Below the pieces are notes generated by a model, which saw only the letters and a list, made by a program, of their open reading frames with translations, made no database searches and was not told the DNA's origin. A DNA stretch of 64,000 nt from Bacteroidales bacterium (GTDB lineage Bacteria; Bacteroidota; Bacteroidia; Bacteroidales; CAIWKO01). Both the position numbers and the translations under genes were made by a program. The stretch lies in assembly GCA_035389045.1 (NCBI GenBank), contig DAOORA010000011.1, forward strand, positions 1-64,000, written 5' to 3'. Below are positions 31,294 to 40,725 of this stretch, piece by piece (position 1 is the stretch's first letter; each line of letters starts with the position of its first letter).

Positions 31294-34200
31294 TCAATGC
31301 ACCATCTTCAAAATCTCATAAAATGAATCATCTGAATCCGAACCGGAAAACTCCAGTTTAAACGTATAAAAACCCGCCTGCACATTGGCAGACAGGAATT
31401 CCACCGAATGTTTTCCTTTAAGCTGAACATCATTCACTAATTCAGCAAGAAGCTCTCCCCTTGCATTATATACTTTGATGGTTACCAGGCCTTTTTCAGG
31501 AAGATTATAGGTTAAGGTGGCATTACCGTCGAATGGATTGGGGTATCCCGATAAGCCGCATCCTGATTGAGCATTGTTGCCCTGAACCCGTATTTTTGGC
31601 ATGATCAGGTAAATATCCTCATTTTCTTCTCCAAACCGGTTTCCAAAAACTCCTGTTCCGGACAGTTCAAAATCAAGTTCCCCTAGCGGCAGATCTTTCA
31701 GCGGACGGAACCCCAGCCTGATCACTTCCTCGCCGGCTGCCACATCCAAATGACCGGTAGTGGCAAATACCACACGGATGATGCCGTCTTTGTCGGTTAC
31801 CAGCAGATCATCATCATCGGCTAAGATCTCCTCCGGTGCGGGATTGATTTTGACCGGGCCGTTTTTATTTACGGCTTCGGGCATCGAAACACTCACCAGA
31901 CGATAAGCCCTGTCCGGATAATTCAATTCCAGCCCCAGAGCGGACAGATCATTCATCTTGGAACTGAAATGCAATGGTATTTCAAAATAAGAAAGTTCGT
32001 TAGTAATGATATACTCATCGGAAACCGAAATAATATTTTTCGTATGTGCTTTCGCCTGGCTCCAGGTGGTCACCGAATCACGGTATCTGCTGCTTGACGC
32101 GTTATAGTCGCCGTAAGCAATGGTAGGCAAGATAATAGTTATATCGGAACCGGAAACAACAATGGCTGTGTCAAGCGCCACCCAGTTGCCTTTCGGGAAA
32201 TTTGCCGAAGGCATTGTTGGAGTGCCGATCTTGGTCTTTAGCCTGGAAATATCATTAGATGTAATATATAAGTTGTTGTCCACATTGCCGGCTTTCTTAT
32301 ACAGGGCGGAGAAATTCCGGGAAGGATCCATATTTACATCGCTGCCGATTAAGTATTTCAACAATACCACGTCAAGAACATTCACGTCATTAGCCCATTG
32401 CATGGTGTCAGGCATGCATTTATCATAATGCAATATATAGTTACCATCCGGTACGGATGTAAACTGGAAAAAGCCGGATTCGTTACTTGTATCACATGCA
32501 ATTTCGGCTCCCGATGTCTGGGATTTGAGGATGACGATAACATGGTCAATATCATAAACAGCCGGATCGTATGTGGCCGGATTATATGTTGGATTTCCGG
32601 CATAGGCTCTGCCCGCATAACGGGTTTTTCCACTGATGGAATATCTTCCGGCCACCGTTATGGTATGAGAGGCCGTATTTACACAGCCGCCTGATGTCAC
32701 GGAATAATGAATAACGGACGTTCCCGGAGCAATACCTGTCACTGTTCCCGTTTCCGGATTCACAACAGCAACCGAATCCACAGTACTTGTCCAGATGCCT
32801 CCTGCAGTGGTGCTGTTCAGGGTAATTGAATCGCCAATGAACAATGTTGCACTTCCTGTTATGGTTTGCGGATATTGGACAGTGACAGCCACGTTGGTGA
32901 TCACCGGAACAGAGGGGCATCCGCCTGAAGCTGGTATAGTATAAGTCACGGAGTACATCCCGGGGGTACTTGTGTATGGTAAAATTGCTCCTGTAACACT
33001 ATTGATGTCAAGCCCCGATGGCACTGAAGCAAAGGTTCCGCCCGAATACGACCCCGTTCCACTCAACGTCACTGCTTGTGCAGTATTTACTGTCTCGCAG
33101 AATGGTGTCCCGGAATAGGTGATAGCAGCGGTGGGAGCCATATTGACCGTAACGGCCAGCGAAGAAGAAGTGCCATCGCCGCACGTATTATGGCCTTTTA
33201 CCGTAATATTACCAGAAGCGGCCGTTGTGCCGAAGTTCACCGTGATGCTGTTCGTGGTGCTGGTCCCTGTTGCGCCAGACGGCAATGTCCAGAGGTAGGA
33301 AGATGCATTGGTTATTGGGGACACCGAGTACGTTACTGAACTCTGTCCCTGGCAGACCGTTGCCGAACCCGTGACAGTCCCGGCTGCAGCAGGCAAAGGA
33401 TTGACCGTAACGGCCAGCGAAGAAGATGTGCCATCGCCGCACGCGTTATGGCCTTTTAACGTAATATCACCCGAAACGGCTGATGTGCCGTAGTTCACCG
33501 TGATGCTGTTGGTACTGCTGCTTCCCGTGGCTCCCGAAGGCAATGTCCAGGTATAAGAAGCGGCATTGGCAATGGCCGGTATTGTATAGGTAACAGAACT
33601 TTGTCCCTGGCATACCGTTGATGCACCTGTGATCGTCCCGGCTGCAGCAGGCAAAGGATTGACCGTAACGGCAAGCGGAGAAGATGTGCCATCACCGCAT
33701 GCGTTATGTCCTTTTACCGTAATATCACCCGAAACGGCTGATGTGCCGTAGTTCACCGTGATGCTGTTCATGGTGCTCGTACCTGTTGCGCCAGATGGTA
33801 ATGTCCAGGTATAAGAAGTGGCATTGGCAATGGCCGGTATTGTATAGGTAACAGAACTTTGTCCCTGGCATACCGTTGATGCACCTGTGATCGTCCCGGC
33901 TGCAGCAGGCAAAGGATTGACCGTAACGGCCAGCGAAGAAGCGGCACCGGTAGTGCCACATGAATTAATGCCATAAACGGAAATATTGCCCGAAACAGCC
34001 AAAGAACTGTAATTAACAGTGATACTGTTTGTGGTACTGCTTCCTGTGGCTCCTGAGGGCAGTGTCCATGTATAAGAAGTGGCATTGGCAATGGCTGGTA
34101 CTGTATAGGTCACTGAGGTCTCGCCCTGGCAAACCTCTGTATCACCCGTAATTGTTCCTGCCTGCGCTGGCGTAGTGCATACCCATTTTACGGCATCAAA

Positions 34201-36330
34201 AGCTATTTTCTGGCCTTGTGTACCTGTTCCATCACCCAATCTCACGTAATGCTGATTTGCCGGATTAAAAAGAAATGTACCCAGAGAAACCCACGTGCCT
34301 TTATTTGACGATTGATTGATGATAACGGTTGAACTGCCACCGGAATAATAGATCTTATAACGTGCGGATGTACAAGTAACGTTGGTAGAATTCGGAATAT
34401 AGGCAGAAACCGTATATTTTCCTGTGCTGGCCAGGGTGGGTGTCCAGGTCACATAACAGGTATCAAGAGTTGAGGTAGGGCAGGTAATAGTGTACCAGAA
34501 ATGGTTGTTGTATCCGCCCGTTTTCATGTCACGGTAATACCTCATGAGTGCCGTACCCTGGTTATAGATATAAAATCCATGATTATAATAAATATCATCA
34601 ATGACCGTATTGCTGTATGCCGGCTGACTGCTCCTTGCATAATCAGCCCAGGCCATGGAATTGATATTGGCATACCCGTTATTATATCCGGGCCAGTCGT
34701 AATAAGCATTTTTGCCATAATAATTCATATAGCCGTCGTTTTTGTCGCCGTATGGGTCGTTGTATATCACGGTATACTGCCCGTTGACATAGCCAACAGC
34801 CAATGTCAGATGGCCGGCGGATGTGATTGAACTGCATATGGCATAGGGATAACTCTGATTAATATCATTTACCACATTCGAATAACTGGTTGAGTAAGAC
34901 TTTGCCGAACTAACACCGTGATTCGTAAAATAGGTTGCCATCCTGGTGCTTGGCCGGTAGGTGCCCGTCCACATATAGCCATACCCACCATAGGCAGTAT
35001 TTCCTGCATAATCGTCGGCGGGTTCGTTATAATAAATTTCATTGTAACGATATAAATCAGCCACATAAGCGCCATAATTGTTTGTATGCGAAGAAGGGAC
35101 ACTAATAGTAATGGGCCATCGGGGCAAACGGTTATAATATGCAAGCGCCATAATGGCTGTGGTAGGCGCACAACTCCAGTATCCGCTGTGCCAGTTGGGG
35201 GTATCATAAACCTGGTGAACATAAGGCACATCACCCGAAACCATAGTGATGGCTTTGCTCTTTTTTTGTATAAAATCATCCGGCCCCAGCGTGTCCATGG
35301 GTAAAGGATCAACAGACCTGACCAGCACTTCCGGATTTTGAATTTTTTCATAAGAAAAGTTGCCCCGTGCTTCGGCAATTTCACGCTTTTCATAAGTGCT
35401 GTATATGAACACATCGCCTGAACAAGCGGGAAACATTTCATGAGTTTCAGGAGTATTGGTCATTTGTACCTTTTGAGAACCATCGTATCGGGATTTATAT
35501 ATCTCAGACCCCAGAAACTCAAAATTATCCCTGATCACAACATTATATAAAAGAAATTGTGAATCATCCGACCAGGAAGCATTTTCGCCGGCACCTATGG
35601 TATATGTGGTATCCGTTATCTTATTCCAGACCATCAAAGTTCCGGGCAAACTTGAATAAACAACCTTATTCCCATCTGGCGACCACCTGGGATAAAAATA
35701 TCCATATGCGTTATCAGTTATCATTTTAATTTGGCCTGTCATCAGGTCGAGCACATATAACTGGTTATCTTCTTTTGTAAATATAGCATAATATCCATCC
35801 GGTGAAACCGGAGCAATGTTTGAATAAGCTTCAAGATCGTAAACCCTGGTGGTCTGATTACTGTTAACATGCAATTCATTTCCTGTTGTAAATGCAATGT
35901 CTCCATTATTACTAAAACTGACCTGCCCGCATAAATCTACCGGAGCCGACATTTCAATGATTTTCATTGCACTGAGATCAAATATTGCAGGAACCTGCAT
36001 TCCGTCTTTTTTTATTAACTTAAACCCAATGACAGACCTGTCGGGTGAAATGGTGAAATATCTGCCACAACCGGGCGCTGAAACAAGTTCTGTCAGGTTT
36101 TTATCACGGATCAGGTATAGTTTTGATGCAAAATTGTTCGACAGAACGATACCCTGCCTGGTAAATTCAGGATTCGTGAAATAACCGTCGGTTTCTGCCT
36201 GATAAGCATTGATGGCACTGGGGGTTTGCAACATTACTCCCGAAGAATCAGGAGCTATTTGCGCCTCAGCGGATGATCTGATTATAGATATAAAAAAAAC
36301 AAGTATTATAAAATACGTTAGTGTTTTCAT
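31294..36330 (-). CDS. Large T9SS protein: TolB-like propeller, C39-like peptidase, golvesin-like CBM, 4 PKD-like repeats, Ig, dockerin/cohesin-like region, CTD
   Basis: PRWSPDG repeats; VPYVHQ...SCAPT...GHL...NDPYG; GTWVSLGTF...AFDAVKW; GNVDNN..ITSND; YPNPF CTD. Confidence 0.85.
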   Translation of the reverse strand: MKTLTYFIILVFFISIIRSSAEAQIAPDSSGVMLQTPSAINAYQAETDGYFTNPEFTRQGIVLSNNFASKLYLIRDKNLTELVSAPGCGRYFTISPDRSVIGFKLIKKDGMQVPAIFDLSAMKIIEMSAPVDLCGQVSFSNNGDIAFTTGNELHVNSNQTTRVYDLEAYSNIAPVSPDGYYAIFTKEDNQLYVLDLMTGQIKMITDNAYGYFYPRWSPDGNKVVYSSLPGTLMVWNKITDTTYTIGAGENASWSDDSQFLLYNVVIRDNFEFLGSEIYKSRYDGSQKVQMTNTPETHEMFPACSGDVFIYSTYEKREIAEARGNFSYEKIQNPEVLVRSVDPLPMDTLGPDDFIQKKSKAITMVSGDVPYVHQVYDTPNWHSGYWSCAPTTAIMALAYYNRLPRWPITISVPSSHTNNYGAYVADLYRYNEIYYNEPADDYAGNTAYGGYGYMWTGTYRPSTRMATYFTNHGVSSAKSYSTSYSNVVNDINQSYPYAICSSITSAGHLTLAVGYVNGQYTVIYNDPYGDKNDGYMNYYGKNAYYDWPGYNNGYANINSMAWADYARSSQPAYSNTVIDDIYYNHGFYIYNQGTALMRYYRDMKTGGYNNHFWYTITCPTSTLDTCYVTWTPTLASTGKYTVSAYIPNSTNVTCTSARYKIYYSGGSSTVIINQSSNKGTWVSLGTFLFNPANQHYVRLGDGTGTQGQKIAFDAVKWVCTTPAQAGTITGDTEVCQGETSVTYTVPAIANATSYTWTLPSGATGSSTTNSITVNYSSLAVSGNISVYGINSCGTTGAASSLAVTVNPLPAAAGTITGASTVCQGQSSVTYTIPAIANATSYTWTLPSGATGTSTMNSITVNYGTSAVSGDITVKGHNACGDGTSSPLAVTVNPLPAAAGTITGASTVCQGQSSVTYTIPAIANAASYTWTLPSGATGSSSTNSITVNYGTSAVSGDITLKGHNACGDGTSSSLAVTVNPLPAAAGTVTGSATVCQGQSSVTYSVSPITNASSYLWTLPSGATGTSTTNSITVNFGTTAASGNITVKGHNTCGDGTSSSLAVTVNMAPTAAITYSGTPFCETVNTAQAVTLSGTGSYSGGTFASVPSGLDINSVTGAILPYTSTPGMYSVTYTIPASGGCPSVPVITNVAVTVQYPQTITGSATLFIGDSITLNSTTAGGIWTSTVDSVAVVNPETGTVTGIAPGTSVIHYSVTSGGCVNTASHTITVAGRYSISGKTRYAGRAYAGNPTYNPATYDPAVYDIDHVIVILKSQTSGAEIACDTSNESGFFQFTSVPDGNYILHYDKCMPDTMQWANDVNVLDVVLLKYLIGSDVNMDPSRNFSALYKKAGNVDNNLYITSNDISRLKTKIGTPTMPSANFPKGNWVALDTAIVVSGSDITIILPTIAYGDYNASSSRYRDSVTTWSQAKAHTKNIISVSDEYIITNELSYFEIPLHFSSKMNDLSALGLELNYPDRAYRLVSVSMPEAVNKNGPVKINPAPEEILADDDDLLVTDKDGIIRVVFATTGHLDVAAGEEVIRLGFRPLKDLPLGELDFELSGTGVFGNRFGEENEDIYLIMPKIRVQGNNAQSGCGLSGYPNPFDGNATLTYNLPEKGLVTIKVYNARGELLAELVNDVQLKGKHSVEFLSANVQAGFYTFKLEFSGSDSDDSFYEILKMVH
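33143..34170 (-). repeat. Four tandem ~258-bp (86-aa) Ser/Thr-rich PKD-like repeats
   Basis: TTGACCGTAACGGC recurs at 33143, 33401, 33659 and 33917. Confidence 0.95.
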
Positions 36331-36711
36331 CTCAATATAAATTTATTGTGGTAAAAACAAAGATAATGTTTTTCTCCAACAAATTCAACACTGAAAAAAT
36401 TCCTGACAGCACTGGTGTTTGTTGTTCCACAACATTCTTCAAGTGTATTCCAACACATCTTTAAACTCAAGCCAATACGGATCTTTGCGGGGAAAAAAAT
36501 TCACGTTGTCCGCGAGGGCGGATCATAGATTTTTACGTATTAACACTGTATCAGAAATTAAAATGTCTTGCGTTGTATATCAGGCAGGATGATTTCATTA
36601 CTGGTCTGCCCTGCCTTACAAATAGTGTCAGGTACTCGTATCTGACAGGCCGTTCCGGATAATTTAAATACCTTTGTACATCTCTTTTTGAAAAAACCAA
36701 AACCATTCCTC

Positions 36712-38451
36712 ATGACCCATAAACTTTATTTTTTGTTCATCCTGCTGATCTCTTGTGTCCCTCTTTTTTCGCAGACATACATTACCAATGTGACCATCGC
36801 CGATGTGGAACATCAAAAAATGATCCCCGATCAGACGGTTGTTATAACAGACGACGTGATTTCGGACATTCAATCTTCCGGAAAAATGAAAATCCCTGAA
36901 AAAGCGACAGTTATTGACGGCAGTGGAAAATATTTATTCCCCGGGCTCACCGATGCACACATTCACTTCTTTCAAAACGGAGGGTTATACACACGTCCCG
37001 ATGTTATTGATCTCCGTGGCCAGGTCCCTTACCGCGACGAAATTGACTATTCACATCAGCAAATGGAAGAAGTATTACGCAGATATTTGCAGAATGGCAT
37101 TACAAGCCTTATTGATGTTGGTGCAACATATAATTTCTTAAAACAACGGGAAACATTTAAAAGCAAATCTTTTGCTCCTGCCATTTTCATGTCGGGACCT
37201 TTACTCACTACCTATGAACCATCCGTTTACGAAAACCTGCAGGATGATGAACCTTTTACTTTAGTGAAATCCAGTGAAGAAGGCAAAGAAATGGTTCGTC
37301 AGCAATTGGCCTGTCATCCTGATTTTATCAAGATCTGGTATATCATAAAACGTGACACGACCAGTACGGAGGCCGGGGCAAGAAAATATCTGCCCATTGT
37401 AAAAGCAATAATTGATGAAGCCCACAGCCACCATATGAAAGTTGCCGTACACGCCACGCAGCGTATCACCGCCCAGCTGGCTGTGGAAAACGGTTGTGAT
37501 TTTTTGGTTCACTGCGTTGATGATGAATTGCTGACAGATGATTTTGTGCAGTTGTTGAAAAAAAATCATACGATCGTTTGTCCCACTCTAATCGTCCATG
37601 ACGGTTATTCTAAAACTTTCGGCCAAAAAACAGATTTGAGTGTACATGAATTATTAAAAGCGGATCCTTATCAGTTAGGAACCTTACTGGATCTGAAACA
37701 TTTGCCCGATACCGCACTGGTCAATAAATATAAAAAACGCTCGAATTCTTCAGAAGCCATGGAAAAAACTGATAAATCCAATGCTATCAGAATGAAAAAC
37801 CTAAAAACATTATCGGATGCCGGTGTCATCATTGTCAGCGGCACAGATGCCGGGAACATAGGAACCCTTCATGCTTCTTCATACCTGACCGAGCTGATAG
37901 CCATGAAAAAGAGCGGTATGAGCGCCTGGCAGATCATCAGGGCATCAACAATAAATTGTGCAAAAATCCTTGATAAGGAAAAAGAATCCGGTAGCGTTAC
38001 CAAAGGAAAAAAAGCCGATATGATCCTGCTCGATGCCAATCCTGTTGAACACATTGAAAATTTTTCAAAAATTCATCGTGTCATCAACAAAGGGGTTGTT
38101 TATGATCCTGATACATTGATAAAAGAATCGCCGGATGCTTTGGCACAGCGGCAATTAAACGCCTATAACCTGAGAAATATTGAAGCGTTTCTGGAACCTT
38201 ATGCCGACGATGTTGAAGTTTACGATTATCCCGATATCTTTCGTTTCAAAGGAAAAGAAACTATGAAAACAGCGTATTCGGATCTGTTTGAGAAGACGCC
38301 CGGCTTGCATTGTGAACTAAAAGCAAGAATCGTTCAGGGAAATGTAGTAATAGATAAAGAACGTGTTCAGTTTCGGGATAAAACAATAGAAGCAACGGCC
38401 ATCTATCATATTGAAAAGAACAAAATAAAAAAGGTCTATTTCATAAAATGA
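36712..38451 (+). CDS. Exported metal-dependent amidohydrolase fused to a C-terminal SnoaL/NTF2-like domain
   Basis: PGLTDAHIH, KVAVHA, LVH, GTDAGN, GKKADMILL; tail QRQLNAYNLRNIEAFLEPYADDVEVY. ATG 36712 gives a signal peptide. Confidence 0.85.
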   Translation: MTHKLYFLFILLISCVPLFSQTYITNVTIADVEHQKMIPDQTVVITDDVISDIQSSGKMKIPEKATVIDGSGKYLFPGLTDAHIHFFQNGGLYTRPDVIDLRGQVPYRDEIDYSHQQMEEVLRRYLQNGITSLIDVGATYNFLKQRETFKSKSFAPAIFMSGPLLTTYEPSVYENLQDDEPFTLVKSSEEGKEMVRQQLACHPDFIKIWYIIKRDTTSTEAGARKYLPIVKAIIDEAHSHHMKVAVHATQRITAQLAVENGCDFLVHCVDDELLTDDFVQLLKKNHTIVCPTLIVHDGYSKTFGQKTDLSVHELLKADPYQLGTLLDLKHLPDTALVNKYKKRSNSSEAMEKTDKSNAIRMKNLKTLSDAGVIIVSGTDAGNIGTLHASSYLTELIAMKKSGMSAWQIIRASTINCAKILDKEKESGSVTKGKKADMILLDANPVEHIENFSKIHRVINKGVVYDPDTLIKESPDALAQRQLNAYNLRNIEAFLEPYADDVEVYDYPDIFRFKGKETMKTAYSDLFEKTPGLHCELKARIVQGNVVIDKERVQFRDKTIEATAIYHIEKNKIKKVYFIK

Positions 38452-38561
38452 TTTCCAAAAGCGGAGTAATCCACCCCCATCCGGTTTAGACAAATCCAAT
38501 TGATTTTCATATTCTTTGAACCAAGTCACAGCGGTTTGTCCGGTTCGTATAAATAAAACAT

Positions 38562-40682
38562 CTATTTTCCTGCCACAGCCATTTCGGGATCTAAACTTGC
38601 GGCCCTATCATAATCGGCACGGGCGTTGTCGTATTGTCCGAGGCGCTCATAGGCATAGCCCCTGTTGTTATAAGCCCTGGCATAGGCGGGATTTAGTTCT
38701 ATTGCACTGGTATAGAAGGTTATTGACTTGTCCCATTGTTTCATTTGACTGTATGCACCGCCCAGGTTATTAAAAGCCGTGGCATTTCCGGGATCAAGTT
38801 CTACAACCTTTGAAAAATCATTTATGGCCTTATCCCATTGATCAAGATTTCCATATGTAAGCCCGCGGTTATAATAGGCATCCGTATATCCGGTATCAAG
38901 TCGGGCCGCCATTGAAAAATCTTTTAGGGCATTTTCCCATTCCTGAAGATTATACCATGCCAGCCCCCGGTTATAATAAGCCATAATATATGCCGGATCC
39001 ATTCCGATCGCTTCGGAATAATCATTTATTGCCTTGTCCCAAAGCCCCATTTTTGCATACGTATTTCCGCGGTTGGAATATGCCGGTATATATCTCGGAC
39101 TGATTTCAATAGCCCGGGAATAATCGGCTGAGGCCTTTTCCCATTGTCCGAGTTTTCCATAGACATAACCCCGGTTATATAAGGCATCCAGATAATTCGG
39201 GCTGAGCTCAATACCCCTGCTATAGTCTGCCAGAGCCTTATCCCACTGACCAAGCAGCGAATATGCCGATCCGCGGTTAATGTAGGGACGGGCTTTACCG
39301 GGGGATTTCAAAACAACATCTTCCCAAAGGGTAAGTTCATCTTTCCAAATTTTATTCCGATCATATGTCAGAGCAGAATATATTATCGTAACAACAACAC
39401 ACCCGGAAACAATAATATTTGTTTTAATATTTCGCGGCAACATAAAAAGAATTGAACTGAGGATCAGAAAAAATCCGAATGACGGCAGATAGGTGCGGTG
39501 CTCAAAAATCACATCGCTTATCGGTATGAAACCCGATTCAACCGACAAGGTCATAAAAAACCAGAAAATGCCAAATGAAAGAACTCTGTTCCGTTTGAAT
39601 AATATTACAGCCAAAACCAGCAAGGATAAAAGAAACAGAAAACAAAGCACTGTAAGGGGTTCCCAAAAACTTTCCGAAAGCGGAAAATCATAATCCACAT
39701 TTTGATTTACAGGCACAAACAGTAAAAGGATATATTTGGCAATTACCACTGGCTGAGTCAAAAAATAATTAAGCGGGGTGATGACCTGTGTACCGCCCTG
39801 CGTCAATGATGGCGGTATCGGTTTAAAAACACCCGTTGGATTCGCGAAAGGGATGATGATGAGAATACTTATCAGTGCCAGGATCATTATGATCGTCCTG
39901 AAGTTTACTAAGTAGCCTGAACGATATTTTGTCCGCATAAAAAACAACTCAAAGAGAATGATCATAAAAGGAAGCGTAAAGGCATTTTCTTTGGTAAGCA
40001 TCGCCAGTATAGCCGATAGCCATGCCCCAGCATATAACAAGCAGTTGAATTTTTTGTTTTTATCGTATATACGTGCCTTTATATATAACGTCAGTGACAA
40101 CAGATAAAACAGAGCTGCCAGGGAAGTCATCCGCTGAACAATATAGGTCACAGACTGGGTTGCAAGCGGATGGGAGACAAAAAACAATGCCGTGAACAAG
40201 GCTATGATTTTTTTGTGTTTGGCGACCGGGTTGTCTCTGACAGCCGGTGAGGAGAAAATCAGTAACGTAAGCCCCCACACCAAACCGGCATTGACCAGAT
40301 GAATAATAAGATTGACCAGGTGGTAATACCATACATCAAGTTTGAAAAAATGATAATTAAGAGCAAAGGTGAAAATGCTTACAGGGCGCGTGGGGCTGTA
40401 TGACCACCAAGAACCGAAATCATAAATATTTTGAATTTTAGTATTTTGAACTATTGTTTTAAAATCATCAAAATGAAATGTACAACGAAAAGAGTTGGAA
40501 TAGATAATGATGCCCAAAAGCACAATTATTACCAGTCCTATTAAATTGAAAAACCTGCGCTTTCCGGCTGTTTTCATTTCTTTCCGGAATGGTTTCAAAG
40601 GGGCGGTTTGGGACTTTTGGGGTTTCACTCTGTTTTTACTCAAAATATTTGTTTTTCGGACTTGTTCGTCATATTCCTTCAA
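38562..40682 (-). CDS. TMTC-like GT-C membrane glycosyltransferase with C-terminal TPRs (array gene 6)
   Basis: FHFDD, RP, HPLATQSVTYIVQR, TKE, EHRTYLPS, W.DE..LW.DV, TPR repeats. Confidence 0.85.
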   Translation of the reverse strand: MKEYDEQVRKTNILSKNRVKPQKSQTAPLKPFRKEMKTAGKRRFFNLIGLVIIVLLGIIIYSNSFRCTFHFDDFKTIVQNTKIQNIYDFGSWWSYSPTRPVSIFTFALNYHFFKLDVWYYHLVNLIIHLVNAGLVWGLTLLIFSSPAVRDNPVAKHKKIIALFTALFFVSHPLATQSVTYIVQRMTSLAALFYLLSLTLYIKARIYDKNKKFNCLLYAGAWLSAILAMLTKENAFTLPFMIILFELFFMRTKYRSGYLVNFRTIIMILALISILIIIPFANPTGVFKPIPPSLTQGGTQVITPLNYFLTQPVVIAKYILLLFVPVNQNVDYDFPLSESFWEPLTVLCFLFLLSLLVLAVILFKRNRVLSFGIFWFFMTLSVESGFIPISDVIFEHRTYLPSFGFFLILSSILFMLPRNIKTNIIVSGCVVVTIIYSALTYDRNKIWKDELTLWEDVVLKSPGKARPYINRGSAYSLLGQWDKALADYSRGIELSPNYLDALYNRGYVYGKLGQWEKASADYSRAIEISPRYIPAYSNRGNTYAKMGLWDKAINDYSEAIGMDPAYIMAYYNRGLAWYNLQEWENALKDFSMAARLDTGYTDAYYNRGLTYGNLDQWDKAINDFSKVVELDPGNATAFNNLGGAYSQMKQWDKSITFYTSAIELNPAYARAYNNRGYAYERLGQYDNARADYDRAASLDPEMAVAGK

Positions 40683-40725
40683 CTCCGGTCAGCACATTTG
40701 TTTTTTCCGGTAAAAATATGAATCA

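Noticed and set aside
33143..34170. CRISPR array or non-coding repeat
   Set aside because: The 258-bp period is in frame within a protein and has no unique spacers; no cas genes are present.
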